DNA from: Callorhinchus milii
Lineage: Eukaryota
Length of the DNA stretch: 64,000 nucleotides
Assembly: GCF_018977255.1 (NCBI RefSeq)
Contig: NW_024704742.1
Location: 121,646,001 to 121,710,000 of the forward strand
Direction: 5' to 3'
Shown: positions 37,600 through 49,765 of the stretch, in pieces
Numbering within the stretch: the first letter of the stretch is position 1
How the letters are laid out: every line of letters begins with the position of its first letter
Made by a program: the position numbers and the translations under genes
The notes under the pieces: generated by a model
Told to the model about the DNA's origin: nothing
What the model saw: the letters and a program-made list of their open reading frames with translations, nothing else
Database searches by the model: none

Positions 37600-38276
37600 A
37601 GCTGTCCTTCCTCCCCCACATCCGATCCCTGACCAGGACCACCTTCTTCCACCTCCACAACATTGCCTGCCTCCAACCCTACCTTACCCCAAATGCAGCT
37701 TAAACCCTCGTGCATGTGTTTGTCACCTCCCGTCTGGATTACTCAAACGCACTCCTCGCTGGCCTCCCCAGCTCCACTGTTCAAAAAATTCAGCTCATTC
37801 AGAACTCTGCCACCCGCGTACTGACCCGGACCAAACTCTGTACGCACATCTCACCAGTTCTAGTCAGGCTCCACTAGCTCCTCATCACCGAAAGAATCAA
37901 CTTCAAGATCCTCACACTCATATTCAAATCCCTTCATTCTCTGGCACCTCCCTACCTCTCCAACCTCCCCACTCCCCAATCTACCACCTGGTGCCTCCTC
38001 TCAACTGGCACCAGCCTCCTGTTCATCCCTCACCCCTCCGCCCCACCATCAGAGGTCGCCTTTTCAGCCACTACGACCCCAAAGTCTGGAACACTCTCCC
38101 TCAATCTCTGCGCCTTGTCCCCTCTCCCACCTGAAAACCTTCCTCTTCGACCATGCTTACGGCCACCGCCTCCCCTTCCCCTCCCACCACTGTGAAGTGC
38201 TCTAGGACTCTACAGTGTGTGTGTGTGTGTGTGTTTGTGTGGAGGACCTACATAAATGCAAGTTGTTGTTGTTGTT
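37600..38276 (+). mobile_element. Old L2 3' fragment with a GT microsatellite in the tail region
   Basis: cacctcccgtctggattactcaaacgcactcc ([11 protein letters not shown]); tail aaatgcaagttgttgttg. Confidence 0.85.
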
Positions 38277-39335
38277 TACACTATCACTGCTACTGAATTT
38301 GTTCTAGTATTAAAGCTTCTCCAAAGATGCATTACTGATAACCTGAGATCATTATAAATCAGATTGATTGGCTGACAGGTCTGCTCCAGGCTTTGATTGA
38401 TAGTGCAAACAGGTTAATATCTTCCAGTGAGACTTTACTATGGTCTGGTTCTAGTGCAGCATGTCTCTGTTCCATTTGTCTCAACATTGCTTGTTACTTA
38501 GTTGGTTAGCACTAGACATTGGGCTAGGAGATGCTGGGCTTGAACCAATCAATTAAATAAGTATATTGTCTCAAAAATATCCTTGGGAGGTAGCATGTTT
38601 ATGTGTTTGAGGAAATTAAGTGAGCCTCTATGGGATGATATTGTCTTCGAGGAGACTGGGAGCTCATCAGTAATCCAAGACATTGCTGAAACCAGGCAGA
38701 CCTGCAAATGTAAATGGCTGATCTCGTGACTGCGAGGTGTAGACGTGAAGCCCCGAATCTTATTATAATGGAACCTCCACCTGTGTAACTAAATTCTCCT
38801 GTTGGTTTCTACTCTACAGTTCCCTAAGTGCTTCTGAGAAATGTAGTTTGTTTTTAGCATTTGCTTCCAAAAATACAGATGTTTGTTTGCAGCATATAAA
38901 ACAGTACAATTTCTTACCATCAATTCAATTGATTCATTTTAAACACTTTGAGACATCTTAACAATGTGCTGTATCGAATGCAAATATTATTATTATTTAT
39001 TTGCTCTTTTGATGTTACAATATTTAAATAAATGTTAGTGTATGATTTGTACTGGAATATATTTTTTTAATATCCCTGTGAATTCAGGGTAATGCAGAAT
39101 ATGAGTCAACTATGGAAGGGGAAAGATCAGGATTTGGGTTTCCTGGCTGTAAACTAAACTACAGATCACAGCAGCCATTCTCTTTAAATTGTGATAAGTA
39201 TTAAGTCAAGCTTGTATTAAATTCCTCTTTATCGTCAAAAAGAATTATCCTCAGGCTCACAGAAATTTTTTTTCTCCACATTTAAGATTTCCAGGTATTT
39301 AGTAAAGGAAAGCTGAAAACCTGAATAAAATGACA

Positions 39336-39979
39336 AATAATAATAATAATAATCCTTGCATTTGATATAGTGCCTTATCACATCTGCGAGACGTCTCAGA
39401 AATTAAGAACGCTTCACAGAATATACTGTAAAGTGAATTGACTATATATTTTGTGGGTGAACAGCAGTGTTCCACAAACAGTCGTAGAATGAGTGACCAA
39501 ATTATTTATTTAAAAAAATATTTTGAAGGAATTATTACCCCCGGAAAAGTGATCCGCCAATCAACTAATAACCAGGTTCCTACTTACTATTAGACGTGTG
39601 GAGTAAGGAAACTTGCCCAACATTTCGCCCTGCCGGGAATCAAACGCAGATCCATTGCTTGAAATGATCAATAAATATCTCAAAGTGCTTCACAGAATAT
39701 ACTGTATAGTGAATTGACTGCATATTTGTTGGCAAATCGCAAGAGCCAATTGCACACAGCAGTGTCCCACAAACAGTCGTGGATTAAATGACAAAAAAAT
39801 TTTTAAGGAATAATTACCCCCGGAAAAGCGATCCGCAAATCGACGAACAACTGGGTTCCTACTTACTGCTGGGTATACAGAGGAGTGTTGAGTAAGGAAA
39901 CTTGCCCAACGTTTTGCCCTGGAAATCAAACCCAGGTCCTCTCGAATGCGGGGCGAGTGCACTAACCACAGAGCTACAG
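39336..39979 (-). mobile_element. Two tandem tRNA-Ala SINEs (long variants; ~39336-39662 and ~39678-39979)
   Basis: Both match the family in reverse complement. Confidence 0.88.
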
Positions 39980-40296
39980 AATTAACCAATATTAAGAAAT
40001 TTGCACTGTTAGATATGCTGCAATTAAAGGTCTCCATCCAAGACTGTGAACCAGACAAACATTTGGCAGATAACGTTTATATGCGATTGTACAGATATTC
40101 ACATTGTGCAACTGTGGAGCTTGAAAGACGACCTAGAAGTACAAAATGTACAAAATCATTGACAACAGTAGGGACCTCAGCAGTTGAAGTGGAAGCAAAT
40201 TCATATCGGAATTAAAATTTTAAAAAAATACAGGCTATTTTCTTTTGTCTGTTTTCATAGTTTGGGGGCTGGAGGGTGGGGTGGGGAGGGAGAGGG

Positions 40297-43200
40297 AACA
40301 ACAACAACAACAAAATTACATTTATAGAGCGCCTTTCACGTCGGGACAGTCAGGGGTCGGGACCCAAGCATGGGGGAGGGGTGGGGTAGCGGTGAGGGAA
40401 GGGAGAGAGGTGGGAGGGTGACCAAAGCCATGATCGAAGAGAAGGGTCTTGAGACCGGCCTTGAAGGAGGCAAGGGAGGAAGCAAGGTGAAGGGACCGTG
40501 GGATGGAGTTCCAGAGTATGGGGGCAGAGAGGTGAAAGCCCGGCCACTGATGATAGGGAGGGTCGGGCGGGAGACATGGAGCAGACCGGAGGCCGCTGAA
40601 TGGAGGGAGCGGGCAGGTTGGTAGGGAGTCCGCAGGTCAGAGAGGTAGGAGGGAGCAAGGCTATGGATGGGGTCACGGAGCCTGGTGCACAAGAGTACAC
40701 GAGCTGCAGAGTTTACGATGATCTGCAGCTTGTGAAGGGAAGAGTTGGGAAGGCCGATGAGGAGGGAGTTCCCGTAATTGATCCTTGATGTGACGAATGC
40801 ATATGTGAGGGTTTTGGCAGCCTGAAAGGTGAGGCAGTGGCGGAGTCTGGCAATGTTGCGGAGGTGGTGGTAGGCAGTGCTGGTCATGGCGCGAATGTGG
40901 GGGAGAAAGGACAGTTCAGAGTCAAATAAGACACCCAGGTTCCTGACTGGCTTAGTGAGGTTGAGTGTGCAGCCGTGGAGGCTGATGCTGCCAGCGCCTG
41001 AGTTGTGGAGGCGCTGGCGCGAGCCAATCAGGAGGGCCTCAGTCTTGCTGACGTTCAGTTGGAGAAAGTTGTCCCTCGTCCAGGACTTGATGTCAGACAG
41101 GCAGTCGGTCAGGACGTCATTAATCCTGGAGTTGAGGGTGGAGACAGAGAGATAGAGTTGGGTGTCATCCGCATACATGTGGAAATTTACCCCGTGTATG
41201 CGGATGATATCACCAATGTAGAGGGTGAAGAGGAGGGGACCCAGGATAGAGCCCTGAACGAAACTAAGAGGAGACTGGAGGATAAGTTGTTTGCTGCGAC
41301 GAAGTGGAGGCGGTGTGAAAGGTAGGACCTGAACCAGTCGAAGACAGAACCTTGAAGGTTGAGGTGGGAGGAGAGGCGGTGGAGGAGGATTGAGCGGTCC
41401 ACAGTGTCAAAGGCAGTGGAGAGGTCGAAGAGGACGAGGAGGCAGAGGGAGCCCTGGTTGTAACCGTGACCAGAGCAGTTTGAGAAGTTGGCAGACCAGA
41501 GAAACCAGATTGGAGGGGTTCATGGAGGGAATGAGGAGTGGAAAGAGCGAAGCTGGGAGGTAACAGCTCTCTCAAGGACCTTGGATAGGAAAGGAAGGTT
41601 TATGGGCCGGTAGCTGGATAGCTGTGATGGGTCAATGGAAGATTTCTTCAAGGTGGGGGTGATAGTGGCTGTTTTGAGGGGTGTAGGAACATGCCAGATG
41701 ACAGGGAGAGATTGATTATGTTGCTGATAGTGGGGCAAGGGTGTGGAGCTGGGATTTAAGGAGAGGGGTGGGATGGGGTCCAGGGAGCAGATGGTGGGCT
41801 TCATGGAGGATATGGTGGTGAAAACAGAGGAGGGGGTGACAGGTTCAAAGGTGTGGAAGGAGGGATGGGTAGTTATCGGAGTGTGGGCGGAGGGGGTAAG
41901 TAGGGGATGGAAGTTGGGAGAGCAGTGGCAGCTGAGCGGATTCCTCGATTTTGGATTCAAGGAAGTTCAGGATTTTTTTGCAGTGGGAGTCAGGGGAAAG
42001 AATCTACGTGGCGTGGAGGGCCGGGTAGCCGGTTGGTGGTTGAGAATAGGAGCCTGGGGTTGCTCTTCGCCTCCAGGAATAACCTGGAATAGAAGAAGGA
42101 TTTGGGTGAGGTGAGAGTGGAGCGGTAGGTTTTAATGAGGTCCAGCCAGATGTGGCGGTGGACCGTTAGGCTGGATTTGAGCTGTGCATTCGGCAGACCG
42201 CACCTGGCCCCTAAGCGAGTGGAGACGGCTGGTGAACCAGGGTGAGGATCGGGAATAGAAGGCAGTTCGGGAGGCGAGGGGGGCAAGGGCGTCGAGTGTG
42301 GTGGAGAGGGTGCTGTGGAGGAGAGTAAGCGCAGCAAATGGGTTGATGCAAGAGGTGGGCCAGAAAGGGAGGAATTCAGAGAACTCCAGGGCAGAGGAGA
42401 TGGATTGCGGGGAGATCTTCTTCCACGGGCGGTAGAAGATGGTGGTAGGTTTGGAGGCAGTGGGGAGAGGGATATGGGAGTTGAGGGAGATGAAATGGTG
42501 GTCAGAGATGACCTTATCAGTGATGGTGACATCCGAGACACTGAGACCCCGGGTGATCAACAGGTCAAGCTGGTGACAATGAACATGGGTAGCAGAGTGG
42601 ATGTGGAGGGAGAGGTTGAGAGAGGAGAAGTTTGAGGAGGTGGAGCAGGAGGGGGTGAAGTAGAGGTTGCAGTCGCCTAGGATGATGAGGCAGTCGGAGC
42701 AGAGGCAGAGGGAAGCTAGGAGAGTGGAGATGTCAGAGATGAAGGTGGGGGAGGATTTTGAGCGGCGGTAAATTAGGAGAATTTTTAGAGAGAGGTGGGA
42801 GGAATGTCAGAGGGTAAGGTGTTTGAAAGAGGGGACTGAGCCAGTGGAGTAGGGGATAGGGCAAGTGATGCCCTGGATATGAGGGCCACACCACCGCCAC
42901 GACGGTTGGCGCGTGGGGCATGGTGGTAGGTGTAGCCGGGTGGTGTGGCCTCATGTGAGGGGGAGGGTATCACCTGGGGTGATCCAGGTTTCCATGAGGG
43001 CCATAATGCCAATGTTCTCATCAAGGATGAGATCATTAATGGCCAGGGATTTGTTGGAGATGGAGTGGACATTTTCAAGGCCAATGCGGAGTGGACAGTT
43101 GGCAGAGGGATGTGTAGGATGGGAGGGGGTAGTGGATTGGTTGGCAGGGAGGGTGGGGATGTGGATGAGGGAGGAGATGTTAGCCCCTGGGGTCTGGGCC

Positions 43201-43560
43201 CGGGGTGACTTGCGGTGGTAGTGGGGAATGGGGCAGTCGGAGTGGTTGCTGCTGGACAGCCAACGCTGAGTACCGCAATGAGCCTAGTGGAGGATTCCCA
43301 GGCTGGAGCAGAGGGAGGCAGTGGGGGGTGGGGTCAAGCAGAGATAGGAACCGGGGAGGGCGGAGAGAGAGCAGGACAGAGCGGGAGAGTTGCATTTTGA
43401 GGGAGGGCCAACTCGGGTTGGGGGCGGCAGCCAAGATGCACACGCTGGGATGAGAGGCGACGGGTTAGTGGGACATTGTCAGCCTGCAGGAGGCTGTGGG
43501 GGCTAGAGGTGGCGCAGAGTGAGGAGGGCACTCATTGTGGGTAGTTGTTGGTCTCTTGGG
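40297..43560 (-). mobile_element. Near full-length decayed L2 LINE (APE endonuclease plus reverse transcriptase, frameshifted)
   Basis: Endonuclease motifs LRIGLENVHSISNK, MALMETWI, RRGGGVAL and ISDHHFI; RT motifs SYRPINLPFLSKVLE and [11 protein letters not shown]-repeat tail at 40297. The 5' boundary is approximate. Confidence 0.93.
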
Positions 43561-43689
43561 TGTGACATCACGATAATGTTACTTGTGATTTTTCTACAGA
43601 TGCCCCGCTCTGCCTCGACTCCTCCCCACGCTGCCCCCATTCCATCCTCCGAATCTATCACCACAAGGATACAAGGCCTACTGCTGTGT

Positions 43690-43999
43690 TACTAAAAATT
43701 AATTAGGGATAAAGTGGTGCGTAGTTCTGATGCTTCCAAATTTAAGGCGCGTGTCAAATTTGTACAAATGTCATTTGTATTGCATTCCTCTGCCCCAGAT
43801 GAGGATAGCACTCCTTTCACAAATATTGACAATATGTGCAGAGGAAACCTATAATTTTATTTTTTCGTGTACAGAGAGAAATGGTGATTTTCGTGCAGAC
43901 TCTTTGGATTTTTTTGCACAGCAGCTCTCTCAGTTAAGCACAGCCAGTAAGACTTTTTACAGGAAGTACAGTGATAGGTTGGCTTCTTAGCCGAGGTTC
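43690..43999 (+). promoter_or_regulatory. Candidate PDE4D7-type proximal promoter
   Basis: Unique sequence directly upstream of the putative first exon; ETS-like acaggaagta at ~43959-43968. Inferred from position. Confidence 0.4.
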
Positions 44000-44170
44000 A
44001 TAAATTCTAGGCAAGCGTGTATGAGCATGAATCCTATAGTTGCAGGCAACCCAGAGGCCTGGCCGAGTCTGACTTCTTGCCTGTTTATTGTTCATTAGGG
44101 TTTTTGATACGGCTTTTGGATTTTCTGTTCCAAATCGATCGACGTTAGCAGCAGCCTGAGGGGCAAAACA
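44000..44170 (+). other. PDE4D: Probable non-coding first exon of a long PDE4D isoform (PDE4D7-like 5' UTR exon)
   Basis: Ends in a strong donor AACA|gtaagt at 44170/44171. Segments gagcatgaatcctatagttgc...cccagaggcctggcc and ttttgatacggcttttggattttctgttccaaat resemble the human PDE4D7 5' UTR as I recall it (unverified). DEPDC1B followed by PDE4D on the same strand is the human gene order. Start is approximate. Confidence 0.65.
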
Positions 44171-45619
44171 GTAAGTCGCTACCTTTCTCAGACAGAAATA
44201 TTTTGCTTAAAAACAATACTGATTTATTTAACGTACAATGTGAGTTTGTGTTTAGGAGTGTTTGAAACTGACTGCTATTTGTGGGAGTGCATGCTGTGAT
44301 TAATTTGTGCAATGATGCTATAGTAATACAACATTAGAGATATAATCCAAAAATATTTTTCATAACAGTTTATCGTACAAAGATATAGTATCTGTACAGC
44401 ATGCTCTAAGTTAATCCATGACTTTATTCGTTTGAATCTATGTGATAATTAGATTGAAAACCTAATCTATATTCCACATGCAGTGATCTTTTAGAATGTT
44501 AACCTCCAATGCTGAACTGTATTACCATGAAGCCACTGTTTTTAATTTTATTCCCATTGGGCAGACAGCAGGGGCAAATTTACAAAACTATGCAAACGAC
44601 CATGGTAGCTATATATTTTTAGCAATGTCTAGGTCTGCTGTTCTGATTGGGATTAGCACAGAATGACAGCACCCAGTGAATCTATAGGTGAGGCATAAAT
44701 TTACCGTCTTATTTTAAAGACAATGCTCACAGTTTCTCTTTCAAGAATGTGTCTTAATTCTGGGTTTAGTGTAGAATCCTTACGAGGAGGCTGACCAGTG
44801 TTTTTGCTGGGCTTCTAAGCATGAAATATCCTTCACGAAACACTATGATTCCACAAATGCTTTCATTTCCAGCTGAAAATGCCTACAGACAAAGAGAGAA
44901 AATAGTTATTGCTTTTAGGATTTTTAATGTTTTCAGTACATATGTTAAAACATAATTTTACTTTTGAGCTGTAAATACTGTGTGATTTATCCAAGTATAT
45001 TTATATAATATTGTTTGTCACATAAAATAGCTCCAATGTTCTGTTTTTAGCGAGCTCCCACATGATCACCTGCAGAGTGGAAAGGTTTCAATTAAGTTAG
45101 TCTATTATTATATCAGCAATTGTTGTGGGGAGACATTTATTATTCCATTTGCCCTGAAACACTTTGGATTCTGTGTTACGTGCTTCACGGGGGAAACTAG
45201 GGCAAAGTTTCCTGCAAACTAAAATGGAAATTAAAAAAGGATAGTTCACAGAATAGGTGTAAAACTGTCAGTGAAAATGCAGTGTAACAGTTATTTGATG
45301 AAGTTGGTCACTTCCACTTGCAGCATATACATACCTTCAGATTTGATTCTAGATAAAGATATAAAAAAAGTCATGTTACCAATGTAAAATTGCAGCACTG
45401 GTCTTACAAGGTGAAACTAAAATACACTACAGCAACTGCCTGACTTGCCATCCAGAATACCTTCCACAGTAAGCAACCTAGTCTAGGTGATTTCAGGATG
45501 TTGAAGGTTAATGTTCGTCAATGACTGAATAGGAAACTTGGAGGTACGGGATGACAACTACTGAAGGCATAACTTGGAACTTAAGTTTGTGAACATGTGG
45601 TCTTATATCCGGCATATAA

Positions 45620-46200
45620 TAATAAAATAATAATGCTCCTTGCATTTGGTATAGCGTCTTATCGTGTCATCAAGAGGTATCAAAGCACTTCACATGATAC
45701 ACTGTGTGGAATGACTATAAATTTTGTTCACAAACACAACAGCCAATTTGCACACAGCAATGTCCCATAAACAGCCAAAGAGTGAATGAAAAATTTTATT
45801 TGGGGAATTGTTAGCCAGGACACCAGGGGAAACTCCCTTCTCTTTTCGAATAGTGTGTGAGATCTTTAACGTCCAACTGAACGAAATCAGGAAGCATTTT
45901 TTTACTCAAAAGGAAACGTTATTGCATATGGTTTCTCTCCTCCAAAAGGCCGTGGACACTGGTTCCACCCACACCTTCAAGAGTGAGGTTGATAGATTTT
46001 TGGTAGGTCAGGTATTAAGGGATATGGGGAGAAAGTGGGAAATTGGAATTGAAAGGATTAGTTGAGAACAGCCATGATCTAATTAAATGGCGGAACAGGC
46101 TCGAAGGGCTGAATGGCCTATTCCTGTTCCTGTGTTCCTATGTTCCTGAAGAGGCAGACGGGACCTCGAGCTAATGTCTCAACCGAAGGATATTCAGCAT
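45620..46200 (-). mobile_element. DeuSINE with a nested CR1 3' fragment (+, 45882-46145)
   Basis: SINE breaks at aacgtccaactgaa and resumes at ctgaagaggcagacgggacc; ctgaa is duplicated at 45877-45881 and 46146-46150; CR1 tail gttcctgtgttcctatgttcc. Confidence 0.85.
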
Positions 46201-46244
46201 ATATCTGTGTTTACCTTAGTTTCTCTGAAGAATGGTTAGGTATC

Positions 46245-46655
46245 AGCTGAGCTCAGTTGTTATACTCTTGCCTCTGAATCAGACGGTTATAAGTTCAAGC
46301 CTCCTGTCAGGACTTTGAGATTGTAGTCAAGGATGACATTCCAGTACAGTGCTGGGGGAGCACTGCATTGTCACAGGTACTGTCCTTTCTTTGTATGAAA
46401 CAATAAACTAAGTTCCATCTGCTGTTCAGGTGGACACTAACGATTCCATGGGACTATTTCAAAAGAGAGGGGAGTTTCTCCCGGCCGGCAATCTCTCAGA
46501 TAAAACTGATCATTCAATGCATGGCAGTTTGTGGGACAATTGTTGTGTGCAAATTGTCTGCCGTGTTCACCAACAAATACACAGTTAATACACTTTACAG
46601 CAAATCCTGTGAAGCACTTTGAGACTTTTCCCTAACATGCTGTTTCAAACCTGTG
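46245..46655 (+). mobile_element. Older DeuSINE, near full length
   Basis: tRNA-like head agctcagttgttatactcttgcctctgaatcag; Deu-type domain ctgttcaggtggacactaacgattccatgg; shared 3' body. Confidence 0.8.
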
Positions 46656-47091
46656 AAATTCTATATCTTCAACTGGTGGAATTGCTGTTTTATTTTAGTG
46701 AGCAAGGTTTTCCCCCTAACCCCTACTGGGCCAAATTAAACCTTAACCATCAAAAGATGGTGTGGACCCAATTCCTTGATCATGACCTCCTGAGCAAGTC
46801 AGGTGCTGGATAACCTCTCCGACCAGGCAAGCCTGGTCTCTGCCGATGACTAAGGGCTAAAGGTAGTTTCGTATTCCAGTTTTTCCACTCCTCTTTGTGA
46901 GGGCCGTTCAAACTCCTCAGATCAGAACCTCTGACATCCCAATCCCAGCCAACAGATGTCTGAAAGCATATCGTTCCTGGCAGTAGCTGTACTCCCCTCA
47001 CAAATAAATCATGGGGAGATTTGTGTTGTGGTATCTCTACATGATCCAGACCTCAAAGGGAGAATACGGGCAGGCACACAGTCCAAAGAGT

Positions 47092-47138
47092 AACTGATAA
47101 GAACAGATACTATAGTTGATCTTAGCCAAAAGGCTGAG
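47092..47138 (-). pseudogene. U2 snRNA 5' fragment (about nt 8-54)
   Basis: Reverse complement CTCAGCCTTTTGGCTAAGATCAACTATAGTATCTGTTCTTATCAGTT matches vertebrate U2 nt 8-54 at 44/47 by hand alignment to the sequence as I recall it. Confidence 0.9.
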
Positions 47139-47997
47139 TGGAATCACTGTTTGACTTTTTTTTAACTGTTTGATGGGCCATAGAATTAGTTCTGACTGTA
47201 GACTAGAGAATGGTAGCCCTTGCCCACTACATGATACGCAGTGTTGCTCACCTTAAGCTCAAATGGAGTTCTCAGTACCTATTAGCTGTTGAGCAATAGT
47301 TCATACTAGTCTGATGTAGTTTCCTGACATAATCTGTCATTACGGTCTTGGGAGTACTACATAGGGTTAGCTGTCTTACTACCTCATTTTCAATCCCTGA
47401 CCAAGACTGCTTTCATTTACCTCTGCCATATTGCCTGCCTCCTCCAACACCTCACACCAAATGCCACCGAAACCCTCATTCATAGTTTGTCACCTCCTGC
47501 CAGGATTTATCAAATGCAATCCACTCTTATCACCCCTGTTCCACTATCCACTAGATCCAACTATTTCAATATTCCATCACCTGTATCTTCACCTGCACCA
47601 AACGCTGCATGCTCATCATTCCAATCCTCGCCAGGCTGCACTGTCTCCCTGACTCTGCTGTGCATCCCCCACCCACTCCATACCACCATTGGTGACCAAG
47701 CTTTCATTCATTACATCACGTAGGATAAGTTCTTCAGAATGTTTTGAAGTCACAGATTAAAGACTCAAAGCAGAGGGATTTTCAGAGAGTTTCAATGATC
47801 ATGGGCATAATGGGTAAAAACTCATCCACTAATGATGGAACAGGGCGTGAGGAGTGAGAAGTGAGCAGCAGAGTGGAATTGGAAGAGCAGAACGTACCTC
47901 TATCTAAATGGCCTGTTATTCCATATGATTTTGTGAAGGCACAAACATCATTGAACACTGAACATATGGGAATACGCTTTCTGCATACTCACTATAA

Positions 47998-48724
47998 TCT
48001 ATACTAATAAAGACGAAATGTCTGTCTGTGTGTCTATCCGCCAATAACGCAATAACCGATTGACGTAGAGACATGATTTATACCTCATTGGAAAGGTCTT
48101 GCATGGGGGAGTATCAATGGCATATTTGTTGGGGGGGAATCTCCTTTCATTGATGACCTATGACCTAAACAAGCCCAGTTTTGCTTAAGGTGTGTACTCA
48201 GGGTTTATGGCATGTAATATGGTTTGTGAGTGGTATCACTGAAAACGCGAGCTCTAAAAACGAGCATTAAAAAAGTTGTACAGTCATTATCTACAATCAT
48301 TGGCGAGATAATACCAAAATATGTCTTACTATAACATATGAGAAATACGTGACGTCAGACATCGTACTATCTGTACGAGTTCAATAGCACTTTTTCTTAA
48401 GATGCCTAAGAAGCGAAAATCAAGCCTTTCAAGGGCAAATAAAATGTCAGACCAAAGAGAGAAGGCTGATTAAATGAAACAGGAGAACAAAGAACAGCAC
48501 GGTTGACATTGGACGCAGAAAGGCATGCAAGAGCACGGCAAAATGAATTGCCCGCTCAAAGAACAGCACGGCTGGACTTGGATGCAGAAAGGATTGCAAG
48601 AATATGGCTAAGGTGTACACACAGTGTTTATGGCACGTTAAGTGGTTTGTGAGTGGTATCACTGAAATCTACATTCCATATTGGAGCCTTTGGTTGCAAG
48701 TGTAGATGCAATGGGTACCACTAG
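47998..48724 (+). mobile_element. Non-autonomous Helitron (deletion derivative retaining a probable RepHel N-terminal remnant)
   Basis: 5' A|TCTATACTAATAAA; 3' GGGTACCACTAG|T; subterminal hairpin gttgca-N8-tgcaat at 48693-48712; no TSD; internal MPKKRKS... and 23-aa repeats. Confidence 0.88.
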
Positions 48725-49251
48725 TCTGTAATAAACAGAATGATCCTGGTGTTGATAATGTAAAGAAAACCTTAACAGTCTGGAAATTAAGAGTATAGAG
48801 GGATCAATTATGTGGAACTTGGGTAATAATGAAACTTTATTTGTAATGAACAGCTTTCAGTGCGTTGCTTCTCTTTCCATGCAAGTAAATGGCATATCAT
48901 GTTTGCTGTAATGAAAATATTGCCAGTTTACAGTGAAACTCTGAGCGGTATTCTTTCATTTTTTAGTTTCTAGAAGCAGCATTTTGCACCTCAATTGAAA
49001 TTATTTCCCTGGGTCAGCATGCTCCTAATCTCTAACTGAAACTTTTAAATTACACTTTTGAAAAAGAGTTTACTTCAGTTCAAATGCAGGAAATTTGGTC
49101 TCAGAATGAAAATACTTTTCACAAAGTATTGCAATTGTTCTCGGGTTCAGATTCACAACCTGAATATGCTGAAAATATCGGACATTCAAATAGAATTGAG
49201 GAAAGTCTTGGGTTTCCACGTTGTCTGAGAGTGAATGTTTGTGTGTGTGTA

Positions 49252-49537
49252 CAGGGTGGACTGGCTCTATAAGTAATTGGGAAATTTCCCAAATGCCCCC
49301 ATGAATGGTTCCTGATGCCCCTGTGGTTGGCTCTTGATACTTACCACCTCAGAGCCCCACATTGGGTGAGTGACAGCTTGGACCAGCCAATCGTTGACCA
49401 GAGCTTGCCCTCCCTGATGAGTGACAGCTATGATAGCCAATCATTGCCTGGATTCTGCCCTTGGTTCCCTCACAAATCTGAGCCCTCATTTTACCTGAAA
49501 ATCCTGAGCCCTTTCAAGGACCCAGTCCACCACTCTG
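49252..49537. mobile_element. hAT-like MITE inserted into a TG-rich tract
   Basis: Termini cagggtggactgg and ccagtccacc(act)ctg form an imperfect TIR; internal duplicated tgagtgacagct...agccaatc; TSD unclear. Confidence 0.55.
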
Positions 49538-49765
49538 TGTGAATGTGTGTGGTTTATGTATGCGTTTATGTATACAGTATGTGTTTATGTATATCAAACT
49601 GTCTTTATGTATATATGTGAGTGTGCATGTATTTTTTAATATTTGCGTGTCTCTGGATACGAATATCCATGTGTATGTATTTCTACGTGTGTACGTGTGT
49701 TTATATCTGTATACCTCTATGTGTTTTATATATATATATGTGTATATGTGTGTGCATGTTTATAA
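49538..49765. repeat. Degenerate TG/TA low-complexity tract
   Basis: Alternating purine-pyrimidine sequence, directly visible. Confidence 0.85.

Noticed and set aside
40336..43531. Overlapping ORFs of 60-280 aa as host genes
   Set aside because: They are frameshifted pieces or antisense shadows of the L2 ORF2.
43080..43560. 2A-like peptide or intact ORF1 at the L2 5' end
   Set aside because: No D(V/I)ExNPGP motif found; VTPGP is coincidental, and the frames are broken by stops.
47092..47138. Functional U2 snRNA gene
   Set aside because: Only ~47 nt are present, the branch-pairing motif is mutated, and the Sm site and 3' stem-loops are absent.
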